Shown here: positions 30,335-39,198 of the stretch, piece by piece
How the letters are laid out: every line of letters begins with the position of its first letter
Position numbering within the stretch: position 1 is the first letter of the stretch
Origin: an uncultured Clostridium sp.
Lineage (GTDB): Bacteria; Bacillota; Clostridia; TANB77; CAG-508
Direction: 5' to 3'
Assembly: GCA_947364715.1 (NCBI GenBank)
Contig: CANAUI010000004.1
Coordinates: 7,454 to 71,453 of the forward strand
Length of the DNA: 64,000 bases
The notes under the pieces: model-generated
Seen by the model: the letters and a program-made list of their open reading frames with translations, nothing else
Databases searched by the model: none
What the model was told of the DNA's origin: nothing
Program-made: the position numbers and the translations under genes

Positions 30335-31795
30335 TTAATTTTTGGTTGGAATTCTAATAACCACTTCTGTACCTTGTCCCACTGTACTTTTTATATCAAT
30401 ACTTCCTCCGTTTTTATCAAGTATTTCTTTTGCAATAGAAAGACCTAAACCTGTACCTCCCATTTCTCTTGTACGTGCTTTATCTACTCGATAAAATCTT
30501 TCAAATATCCTAGACAAATCTTCTTCTGGTATTCCAATTCCATTATCAAAAATTTTTATATAAGCATCATTATACACAAAGCCTACATATATTTTGATTT
30601 CTCCACCATCAGGTGTATATTTAATACTATTTGTTAAAATGTTTAAAATGACTCTTTCAATATCATCTTTATCTGCATAAACTGGAGGAACATCTGCTGT
30701 AACAAAAGAATTTACTGTATGATTTTTCTTTTTTATTTCTATAGCTACTTTATCTTGACATTTTTTTACTAATTCTCCTAAATCAAAAGATACTTTTCTT
30801 GACTTATTTTTATTATTGTCATATCTTGACAAAGTTAATAAATCTGTTACCAGTCTAGCCATTCTTCGTGCCTCTGATGCAATAACATTTAAAAACTTGT
30901 CCTGTGTTTCTTTATCATATTCCCCTTCTAACAAAGTATCTGCATATCCCATAATAGATGTGATTGGGGTTTTTAATTCATGTGATACATCTGCTACAAA
31001 TTCTTTTTGCATGTTGTCTAGTTTTACATGTTCTGTTATATCTTGAATAACAGCTATCACACCATTTGGTCTATCTGACTCATTTTTGAAAGGTGCAAAA
31101 AATACATTCATATATTTATCTTCCACTTGAATTCTTTGTTCTGTTGATGTCCAATTTTCTAGATAAATAATTTTTTCCATATTGATTCCTAATTTAAATT
31201 TCGCAAAAATATCATCAAAATTGATATCTTCTGGCCTAATACTTAAGAATTTTTTTGCTGCTGGATTAATTAATATAATTTCCCCTTCCATATTAAAAGC
31301 AATAATTCCATCTGTCATATGTAAAAGAATAGTTTCTATTTGATTTTTCTGTGTAGACACTTCACTTAATTTTTCCTTTAACTCATTTGTCATTGTTCCT
31401 AATACATTTTCTATATTTACCATATCTTTTTTAGATTTTTTTATATCTTCTTTAATAAAATGTTGTTTATCTTTTTTCTTTTCCTCTTCTGTTATTTTCT
31501 CTGCGCTTTTTATTAATTTATTAATTGGATAAATAACAAACCTAGATAAAACAAATGCTATCAAAATACCTGATATTAGAAATATAATACCAGCTACAAT
31601 TAAAGCTGTAATATTAATATTTCGCATTTGTTCAACATGTTGAGCTAACTGCTCTATATTTCCAATTTCGTTATTACTTAAACTTATTTCTAAATTATTA
31701 ATTGATTGTATATATATAAGACCTAAACCTGTAATAACGACTATACCTATTAAAAAAAATACAACAATTATTTTAAATTGAATACTTCTAAACAT
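30335..31795 (-). CDS. PAS-containing sensor histidine kinase (WalK/PhoR-like)
   Basis: Two TM segments, a PAS-like segment, H-box FVADVSHELKTP, and N, G1 and G2 boxes. ATG at 31795 follows AGAGGAAA. Confidence 0.85.
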   Translation of the reverse strand: MFRSIQFKIIVVFFLIGIVVITGLGLIYIQSINNLEISLSNNEIGNIEQLAQHVEQMRNINITALIVAGIIFLISGILIAFVLSRFVIYPINKLIKSAEKITEEEKKKDKQHFIKEDIKKSKKDMVNIENVLGTMTNELKEKLSEVSTQKNQIETILLHMTDGIIAFNMEGEIILINPAAKKFLSIRPEDINFDDIFAKFKLGINMEKIIYLENWTSTEQRIQVEDKYMNVFFAPFKNESDRPNGVIAVIQDITEHVKLDNMQKEFVADVSHELKTPITSIMGYADTLLEGEYDKETQDKFLNVIASEARRMARLVTDLLTLSRYDNNKNKSRKVSFDLGELVKKCQDKVAIEIKKKNHTVNSFVTADVPPVYADKDDIERVILNILTNSIKYTPDGGEIKIYVGFVYNDAYIKIFDNGIGIPEEDLSRIFERFYRVDKARTREMGGTGLGLSIAKEILDKNGGSIDIKSTVGQGTEVVIRIPTKN

Positions 31796-31843
31796 TGTTT
31801 TTCCTCTCATTTTGTTTTATTATTATAAAAATTACACATAAAA

Positions 31844-32971
31844 CTATATTTTTGTTGCTTGTATTGTTTCTATAATTTGTGCATATATTTTATTTTCTAC
31901 ATCATCAGTTGCAACTGTTAAAGCCTTTTTTCCCATATTTTCACATTTATTTTTATCTAGCACAATTTTTTCTATATTTTTATTTAATTTCTCACCAGTT
32001 AATTCATTATCTAGTATAATATCTGCTGATTCAATATTTTGTAAAACTTTAGCATTATATAATTGATGGTCATGACTAACATTTGGTAATGGTACTAATA
32101 TTGATGGTTTTCCTACCTTTGCAATTTCTGTAATAGTCATTGCACCACTTCTTGCTACAATTACATCTACAATATTCATTATTTCTTCCATATTATATAT
32201 ATATGGAAATATTTTTATATTTTTTATATTATTAATATTTTTGTGGTTATTTTCCAATTCTTCTTTTATAATATCATATTGTTTTGGTCCTGTTGCCCAA
32301 ATTATTTGATACTTTTCATTTAACCCTGAATCTATAATTTTCATTATTGCATTATTAATTCTTTTTGCTCCTTGACTTCCACCAAACACTAAAGCGATTG
32401 GCATTTGACTATTTAATCCAATTTTTTTTATAATTTCCTCTTTTTGTTCTTTTGTATAATTTTGTTTCTTTATTTTTACAGGTGTTCCTGTATATACAAT
32501 TTTTTTAGCATGTTTTATTCTTTCAATTGCATCTTTAAAAGATACTAAAATAGTATTTGTTTTTCTTGCTAATAATTTTACTGCTTTTCCTGGGAAAGCA
32601 TTACTTTCATGTAAAACTGTTGGAATTTTTAATTTATGCGCTGTAGAAATTGTTGCACCACAAATATATCCACCAGTTCCTATAACAACATCTGGATTAA
32701 ATTCTTTTAATATCTTTTTTGCTTCTCCAAATCCTTTTACTGTTTTAACTATTTTTTTTATATTATCAATAGATATTTTTTTACTTAATCCATATGCATC
32801 AATTGTTTTTAATTCATATCCAGCTCTTGGAACTAAATCATTTTCTAATCCTCTTGTTGTTCCTATAAAAATAATTTTGGAATCTTTTTGTTCTTCTTGT
32901 ATCTTTTTTGCAATCGCTAATCCTGGATTAATATGACCTGCTGTTCCTGCTGCTGCAATAACTACTTTCAT
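31844..32971 (-). CDS. murG: Lipid II-forming UDP-GlcNAc transferase
   Basis: 375 aa with AAGTAGHINP and FGGSQGA. Confidence 0.92.
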   Translation of the reverse strand: MKVVIAAAGTAGHINPGLAIAKKIQEEQKDSKIIFIGTTRGLENDLVPRAGYELKTIDAYGLSKKISIDNIKKIVKTVKGFGEAKKILKEFNPDVVIGTGGYICGATISTAHKLKIPTVLHESNAFPGKAVKLLARKTNTILVSFKDAIERIKHAKKIVYTGTPVKIKKQNYTKEQKEEIIKKIGLNSQMPIALVFGGSQGAKRINNAIMKIIDSGLNEKYQIIWATGPKQYDIIKEELENNHKNINNIKNIKIFPYIYNMEEIMNIVDVIVARSGAMTITEIAKVGKPSILVPLPNVSHDHQLYNAKVLQNIESADIILDNELTGEKLNKNIEKIVLDKNKCENMGKKALTVATDDVENKIYAQIIETIQATKI

Positions 32972-32980
32972 TTTTTATCT

Positions 32981-33045
32981 CATTCCTTTCTCAAGGCACA
33001 AACTGGTTGAAAAAAATTCAAATTTTTCAACCTTTCTTCCTTTCC
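32981..33045 (-). promoter_or_regulatory. Family E intercistronic element, copy E2, between ftsW and murG
   Basis: mRNA sense: GGTTGAAAAATTTGAATTTTTTTCAACC AGTTTGTGCCTTGAGAAAGGAATGAGATAAAAA ATG. Confidence 0.55.
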
Positions 33046-33052
33046 ATTTAAT

Positions 33053-34198
33053 TTATTCCTTTTTTGCTCCTGCTTTTGAAATATTTAAGAGCACTCCCAT
33101 TTCACATAGTAAGATAAATAATGATGTACCACCATAACTAAAAAATGGCAATGGCATTCCTGTTGCTGGCATTGATGAAGTAACAACTGCTATATTAATA
33201 ATAACTTGTATAGCAACCTGTGCAGTAATTCCAATAGCAACTAAACTTCCAAACATGTCTGGTGACTTCATTGCAATAAGTATACCTCTCCATATAAATA
33301 TTGCAAATAATATAATAACTACTGTACAACCTATAAATCCTAATTCTTCTGCTAATATAGAAAAAATAAAATCATTATGTGGCTCTGGAATATATAAATA
33401 TTTTTGTTTACTATCTCCTAGACCAGCTCCAAATAATCCTCCTGAACCAATAGCATATAAACTTTGTATAACCTGCCAACCATCACCTGTGGGGTCACTC
33501 CAAGGGTTTAAAAAAGTAATAACTCTTTTTAATCTATAAGGTTCTAAAAGAATTAATCCTATAATTCCAGGTACTCCAACTACTAAACCAGAGACAAGAA
33601 AATGCCAAAATTTACATCCTGCAATAATCATCATAATAACTACAATTCCTACAATAATCATAGAAGCACTAAAATGTGGTTCTATTAATAATAATCCTAT
33701 TATAGGTGCTATTAATAATAAATGTTTAACAATTCCTTTTCCATATTTGTTTAAATCATCTCTATTTTTTACCAATATTGCTCCATAAAATATAATCATT
33801 AATAATTTTACCATTTCAGATGGTTGGATGGAAAGTGTTTCTGTCACATATATCCATCTTTTCGCACCATTTACTTCTCTCCCTATAAGTGGGACTGCTA
33901 GCAATAATAAAAATGCAACAATATATGCCAATTTATAATATTTTTGATAAAATCGATAATCAATATTCGAAATTACCCACATCATAAATAATCCTGCCAC
34001 AGCAAAGATTGCCTGTCTAAAAAAATATGCATAACTATTTCCACTTTCAGAAAGTGCTGATGGTGAACTTGCTGAAAGTAGCATAATTAATCCTATTGAT
34101 AACAGCAATAATATAGTTATCAGTATTGTAAAATCAATTGGATTTTTTAGAAAGCTTGAAAAACTCTTACCTTTCTTTTTTGACATTCTTTCTATCAC
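33053..34198 (-). CDS. ftsW: FtsW/SpoVE-family peptidoglycan polymerase
   Basis: 381 aa, polytopic, with QPSE, PEPHNDFIF and PFFSYGGTS. Confidence 0.85.
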   Translation of the reverse strand: MIERMSKKKGKSFSSFLKNPIDFTILITILLLLSIGLIMLLSASSPSALSESGNSYAYFFRQAIFAVAGLFMMWVISNIDYRFYQKYYKLAYIVAFLLLLAVPLIGREVNGAKRWIYVTETLSIQPSEMVKLLMIIFYGAILVKNRDDLNKYGKGIVKHLLLIAPIIGLLLIEPHFSASMIIVGIVVIMMIIAGCKFWHFLVSGLVVGVPGIIGLILLEPYRLKRVITFLNPWSDPTGDGWQVIQSLYAIGSGGLFGAGLGDSKQKYLYIPEPHNDFIFSILAEELGFIGCTVVIILFAIFIWRGILIAMKSPDMFGSLVAIGITAQVAIQVIINIAVVTSSMPATGMPLPFFSYGGTSLFILLCEMGVLLNISKAGAKKE

Positions 34199-34205
34199 GC
34201 CTTTC

Positions 34206-35186
34206 TTATATTATCTTTAGTCCGATTATACATAATAATAATGTTACTATACTAAATACAACCACAACTTTATTTTCTCTCCAACCAGACAACTCAAAAT
34301 GATGGTGTAATGGAGCCATTTTAAAAAATCTTTTTCCTGTCTTTTTAAAATATATTACTTGTATCATTACAGATATAGTTTCCAATACTGGTATCAATGC
34401 AATAACAAGTAATAATAATGGCATTTGTAGATATAATGCTAATCCAGATATAACTCCTCCCAGCATAAGAGACCCTGTATCTCCCATAAAAACTTTAGCT
34501 GGATGAATATTAAACATTAAAAATCCTAAAACTGCACCAATTACAATACTTGAAAAGACAGATACTTCATATAATTGTAAACTAATTCCGATAATAGCTA
34601 AACAAGTAATAATAATAGCACAAACACTAGATGATAAACCATCAATTCCATCTGTTAAATTTACTGCATTTGTTGCTCCTAATATAACAATAATAGCAAA
34701 AGGTATATAAACAAAAACTGGCATATCTATATATATTTTCATAATTGGTATATATGTTTGTGTTTCTATTTTTAATCCATATACTAAATAAATAACATAT
34801 GCCACAGAAATAACAAGTAATCCTATCATTTTATAACTTGGTTTTAAACCTTCTGTATTTTTTAATATCAATTTTTTAAAATCATCTATAAATCCAATTA
34901 ATCCAAATCCAATCGTTAATAATAATATAGGTAGTAATTTATTAGCCAACTCTATTTCATTATTCATAAATAAATATATATAAGTTCCTATTACCACTAA
35001 ACTCATTGTAATAATAATAATAATTCCACCCATTGTTGGAGTTCCTTGTTTTTTTAAATGAGATTGTGGTCCATCATCTCTCTCTATTTGACCTACTTTT
35101 CTTTTTTTCAATATTGGTATAATTATAAATCCCATGATAATAGCTACAATAAATGCAATTACCAATACTTTTGCTTCAAATATCAA
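34206..35186 (-). CDS. mraY: Phospho-N-acetylmuramoyl-pentapeptide transferase
   Basis: 326 aa with GTPTMGG, NLTDGIDGL, GDTGS and HHHFE. Confidence 0.93.
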   Translation of the reverse strand: MIFEAKVLVIAFIVAIIMGFIIIPILKKRKVGQIERDDGPQSHLKKQGTPTMGGIIIIITMSLVVIGTYIYLFMNNEIELANKLLPILLLTIGFGLIGFIDDFKKLILKNTEGLKPSYKMIGLLVISVAYVIYLVYGLKIETQTYIPIMKIYIDMPVFVYIPFAIIVILGATNAVNLTDGIDGLSSSVCAIIITCLAIIGISLQLYEVSVFSSIVIGAVLGFLMFNIHPAKVFMGDTGSLMLGGVISGLALYLQMPLLLLVIALIPVLETISVMIQVIYFKKTGKRFFKMAPLHHHFELSGWRENKVVVVFSIVTLLLCIIGLKII

Positions 35187-35209
35187 ATTAATCCAACCTT
35201 TCTTTTGTT

Positions 35210-36706
35210 TTATTTTTTCTTATTCTTTGTTTGTTTTCCTAATTTTCCTATAATTTCTTTAATAATAATTCTCTCATCAAATGGATATTTTTCATTATTG
35301 ATTTCTTGATATGTTTCATGACCTTTTCCTGCTAGTATAACAATATCCCTTTTGGTTGCCATTTTTATTGCTTCTTCTATTGCTTGTATTCTATCTACTA
35401 TAACTTTATATTTTCCATTTGTCTTTTTTATTCCTTCTTCTATTTGTTCTACTATTTTGTTAGGGTCTTCTGTTCTTGGATTATCAGATGTAATAATTGT
35501 ATAATCTGCTATTCTTCCTGATATTTCTCCCATAATTGGTCTTTTACCTGTATCTCTATCTCCACCACAACCAAATACACATATTACTTTTCCTCTTGTA
35601 TAACTTTTAGTTGCTTGTAATATATTTTCTAAGCTTTCTGGTGAATGTGCATAATCTATCATGATTGGGACTTCTCTTTTATTATCTACTAATTCAGACC
35701 TACCAGGTACTCTTACCTCTAGTAATGCCTCTTTTATTTTTTCAGGTTCAATTCCAAATTTTTGTGCAACACAAACAGCTGATAATGAATTATATACACT
35801 AAATCTTCCAGGTATTCCTGTTTTTACTCTTTCATTTTTATCCTTTAATTTAACTTTAAAATCCACATATGAATTTGTAATTGTTAAATCTTTTGCTAAA
35901 AGATTTGCATGATTATCAATTCCATATGTTGTAATATTATTATCTGGGAATAATCTTGGTATTTTTGCTCCATATAAATCATCTGCATTTGCAATTCCTG
36001 TTTTACACATTTTAAATAATTTTAATTTTGAATTTAGATAGTCTTCCATATTTGGATGCTCTTTTGGACTGATATGGTCTTCTGAAAAGTTTGTAAATAT
36101 AACAATGTCAAATTCACAACCATCTACTCTATTTAATTTTAAACTTTGTGATGAAACCTCCATAACCACAATTTCAACACCTTTTTTTACCATTTCATCA
36201 AAAGTTTGTTGTAATTCTAAGCTTTCTGGTGTTGTTCTGTCACTATCTTTCATTTTTTCTCCATTAATATATGTTGCAATAGTTCCTATTAATCCAACTT
36301 TTTTTCCTGCTTTTTCAAATATGTCCTTTATCATAAAAGTTGTTGTTGTTTTTCCTTTAGTCCCAGTAACACCTATTAATTTAAATTTTCTTGATGGATG
36401 TTCATAAAAATTATCTGACACAATTGCTAAACCTTCTCTTGTATTTTTTGCCATTACAACTGTTATTTCATCTGGTATTTTTATACCTTTTAGTTCACAT
36501 CCTTCTTGTATCATAATTGCAACTGCACCATTTTCTATAGCATTTTCCACATATTGATGACCATCTGTTGAAAACCCTTGTATTGCTACAAATAAATATC
36601 CTTTTTTTACTTTTCTTGAATTATTTTCCACTCCAGATATCTCAATATCTAGATTTCCTTTTACTTTCAAATTTTCCAATCCTACTAATATTTGTTTTAA
36701 CTCCAT
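35210..36706 (-). CDS. murE: UDP-MurNAc-L-Ala-D-Glu:meso-diaminopimelate ligase
   Basis: 498 aa with GVTGTKGKTTT and a DNPR motif (SDNPRTEDP), which is typical of meso-DAP-adding enzymes. Confidence 0.92.
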   Translation of the reverse strand: MELKQILVGLENLKVKGNLDIEISGVENNSRKVKKGYLFVAIQGFSTDGHQYVENAIENGAVAIMIQEGCELKGIKIPDEITVVMAKNTREGLAIVSDNFYEHPSRKFKLIGVTGTKGKTTTTFMIKDIFEKAGKKVGLIGTIATYINGEKMKDSDRTTPESLELQQTFDEMVKKGVEIVVMEVSSQSLKLNRVDGCEFDIVIFTNFSEDHISPKEHPNMEDYLNSKLKLFKMCKTGIANADDLYGAKIPRLFPDNNITTYGIDNHANLLAKDLTITNSYVDFKVKLKDKNERVKTGIPGRFSVYNSLSAVCVAQKFGIEPEKIKEALLEVRVPGRSELVDNKREVPIMIDYAHSPESLENILQATKSYTRGKVICVFGCGGDRDTGKRPIMGEISGRIADYTIITSDNPRTEDPNKIVEQIEEGIKKTNGKYKVIVDRIQAIEEAIKMATKRDIVILAGKGHETYQEINNEKYPFDERIIIKEIIGKLGKQTKNKKK

Positions 36707-36799
36707 TTTTTCAATCCTTTCGATTATTAATACTTAATTATATGCAAATTATTCCATTTAATCCTTCATATTATATAACTAAAAAATTTTTTTGTATAG

Positions 36800-36872
36800 A
36801 GTTTTTATGAAATAAATTTGTGTGCAATGTGTTTTATATATTAGAAAAGTCAGTATGACTTTCCTAATATAT
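36800..36872 (+). repeat. a-b-c repeat family, copy D4 (modules b and c only), abutting the 3' end of the adhesin gene
   Basis: GAGTTTTTATGAAATAAATTTGTGTGCAATGTGTTTTATATATTAGAAAAGTCAGTATGACTTTCC aligns with 58737-58810. Confidence 0.65.
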
Positions 36873-36901
36873 AAAAAAAGGAAACTTTTATAAAAGCCTC
36901 C
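36872..36901 (-). terminator. Terminator after the adhesin gene
   Basis: Minus strand reads GGAGGCTTTTA-TAAAAGTTTCC followed by TTTTTTT. Confidence 0.5.
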
Positions 36902-36911
36902 TTTTCATTTT

Positions 36912-38228
36912 TTACATACCTGTTACTGGTAAAACTTTTTTACTTTTAACTTCTTTATTATCTGTTATTTTCTCTATTTTAGGTATTTCTTCTTCATGAT
37001 TATTTACTGTTACAGTTATTTCTTCATTCAATTTTATCTCTACTTCAATTAAATCTTCATAAATTTCATATCCACTAATTGTTTTTGTTTCTTTAATGTA
37101 ATAATTCCCTGGAATTATATTTTTTATTTCTATTCTTCCATTCTCATCTGTTTCCAAATTCGTATAAATTACATTTTTATTTTCATCTAATAATTGAAAT
37201 TCAACACCTTGTAATTTTTCTTCAGTTTCTTCATCTTGTTTTATAATAATTATTTTTGTCTTATTTTTATTATAATAATCTTGTGTTTCTCCTGTTCCAT
37301 CTTCATAAGTTGATGCTGTTAATGCATAATCTTGTAAATCTGAGCTTGGTGCTTTTCCATATAATATTGGTTTTGTTTCTATCTTGGTTTCTATCTGTAT
37401 TTTGATTGTTTTATCTTCTGTCATTTGTTTAATTGGAATACATATTTTAAAATTCTCATTAGAATTAAATTCTTCTTTTTCTTTATTTGTTTCATCTGTT
37501 ATTTTAATTCCTTCTATTTCTTTACCTTTTTCATCTGTTACATATACTGTATATTTGTCTATATTAGTATTAGCTCTCACTTTATATATTTTAGAAACAT
37601 ATTCATATTCTTCACTATCTTGTTTCCAATTTTCTTGTAATTTTTCAATATCTATTTTGTTAGAAATCTGTACTTCACTAGAGTTATTTGCATCATTTAT
37701 AATTTTATGCATTGCATTTAATGTTCTTTGTCCTGCTTCTCCAATTGGTTTATAATCATTTAATTGATTTCCATGAATATAACTATAAATTGCATGTTTA
37801 GTTGCAGTAAATGCTTCTTTTTCATTTGCAACTCCTAATTCTGCTATTGATTTATATGGATAACCATTTGTTACAATTTTCCAAAGCATAACATCTTGTA
37901 TTGCTTTTTCAACAGAAACTATATAACTTCCTTCTTCTGCTCCTGGTTTTGTTTTATTTAAACAATATGCAGGATATACCTTTCCATTATTTTCATATTC
38001 TATATATGTAGTTTTTACAATAATACCTTTATAAGTTAGTAGATTTCCACACTCTCCTATTGCATGTACATTTGCTGATTCTAAATTACTTGCTATAACT
38101 GAATTCATAAAATTCAAAGAATCTAATACTATTAGAGCAAATATAATACATGCTATTTTTATAATTTTTTTTATTTTATACAAATTATTTTCACATCCTT
38201 TTTTTATTTTTCTATTCCTTGAATACAT
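36912..38228 (-). CDS. Secreted surface adhesin: thioester-domain (TQXA-type) like N-terminal half, Cna-B/prealbumin-like domain, C-terminal LPVTG motif with no membrane tail
   Basis: Signal peptide, then PAYCLNKTKPG, TNGYPYKS, ATKHAIY (TQxAIW position), LQGVEFQLLDENKN..ENGRIEIKNIIPGNYYIKETK, and the ORF ends ..KKVLPVTGM-stop. The start is either ATG 38228 (25-nt overlap with the sortase gene) or TTG 38183. Confidence 0.7.
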   Translation of the reverse strand: MYSRNRKIKKGCENNLYKIKKIIKIACIIFALIVLDSLNFMNSVIASNLESANVHAIGECGNLLTYKGIIVKTTYIEYENNGKVYPAYCLNKTKPGAEEGSYIVSVEKAIQDVMLWKIVTNGYPYKSIAELGVANEKEAFTATKHAIYSYIHGNQLNDYKPIGEAGQRTLNAMHKIINDANNSSEVQISNKIDIEKLQENWKQDSEEYEYVSKIYKVRANTNIDKYTVYVTDEKGKEIEGIKITDETNKEKEEFNSNENFKICIPIKQMTEDKTIKIQIETKIETKPILYGKAPSSDLQDYALTASTYEDGTGETQDYYNKNKTKIIIIKQDEETEEKLQGVEFQLLDENKNVIYTNLETDENGRIEIKNIIPGNYYIKETKTISGYEIYEDLIEVEIKLNEEITVTVNNHEEEIPKIEKITDNKEVKSKKVLPVTGM

Positions 38229-38809
38229 CTTCTGTATTCTGGTTCATTTTCAACACATGTAATTAATGTAATTACATTTTCTTCTGTTGCTTCTAAATTA
38301 CTCCAATCTGTATTTCTAATTATTTCATGTTTTGTTACAATATATGTTTTTTCTATATCTTTATAGATATACTTTATTTCATCTCCTTCCTGTAATTCTT
38401 TTAATCGATTAAAATAATTATTTTTATATCCTCTATTATGTCCAGCTAAGCATATATTTCCAATCTTTTTAGAGGATTCTTCAAAATGACCTACATAATC
38501 ATCTAATATTTCTTTACTTGTTCCTTCTTTTATGGGTGCTTTTAATTCTATTTTATCTATTTGTATATACCAATCGTTTGATTTGTTTGTTTCATTTATA
38601 ATGATATTACTATCATTGGATAAATTTTCTGAATTAATTTGGGGATTTTGAATAAAATTTTCCTGTGCTGTAAAATCGACTTTAAATTCTATTTTTTCTG
38701 TTTTTAATATATTGCTATTAAATAAAAGATTTATGAATAAATATAATATGATGGATACAATGAAAGATAATATATTTATAAATTTACTAGTATATATAAT
38801 AATAGACAT
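38204..38809 (-). CDS. Sortase (class D-like), membrane anchored
   Basis: N-terminal TM, catalytic LAGHN and TLITC, and Arg in EYRR. Confidence 0.85.
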   Translation of the reverse strand: MSIIIYTSKFINILSFIVSIILYLFINLLFNSNILKTEKIEFKVDFTAQENFIQNPQINSENLSNDSNIIINETNKSNDWYIQIDKIELKAPIKEGTSKEILDDYVGHFEESSKKIGNICLAGHNRGYKNNYFNRLKELQEGDEIKYIYKDIEKTYIVTKHEIIRNTDWSNLEATEENVITLITCVENEPEYRRCIQGIEK

Positions 38810-38958
38810 ACTCTCCTTTTTTATATATGTTTAATTTGTTTGAAATTTAATTTGACTAAAATTTTGATTAAATTTTTTTGATATTAATTATTTGAATATA
38901 AAAATATATAACATGTTATATGTATATAATAATACAATTTTTTCCATTTGTAAAGCTG

Positions 38959-38986
38959 TTTTCGTCGCAATTTTCGACATCATTTA
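38959..38986 (-). promoter_or_regulatory. Family F motif: tandem Spo0A-box-like heptamers upstream of the sortase operon
   Basis: TTTTCGTCGCAATTTTCGACA. The minus strand contains a perfect TGTCGAA (38973-38979). Confidence 0.35.
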
Positions 38987-38994
38987 CAATATAA

Positions 38995-39198
38995 GTTACA
39001 ATTCACAGTTCATAAATATTATCTTTTTGAATTAACGACGAATGTGCAGTGGAATAGATGTATAAATTCTTAGTTTTAAATAACTGAGGAAGCGTAATAA
39101 CGAGAGGCTCGGTTATTTAAAACTTAGAATTTATAATCTATGTATCAAACTGAGGAGATAATGAAAAAAGATAATATTTATGAACTGTGAATTGTAAC
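38995..39198. mobile_element. 204-bp MITE-like element (34-bp perfect TIRs, 8-bp TSD CAATATAA)
   Basis: 38995-39028 is the exact reverse complement of 39165-39198. There is an inner imperfect inverted pair at 39061-39089 / 39108-39135. CAATATAA flanks both ends. An empty-site paralog lies at 8822-8838. No ORF. Confidence 0.7.
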
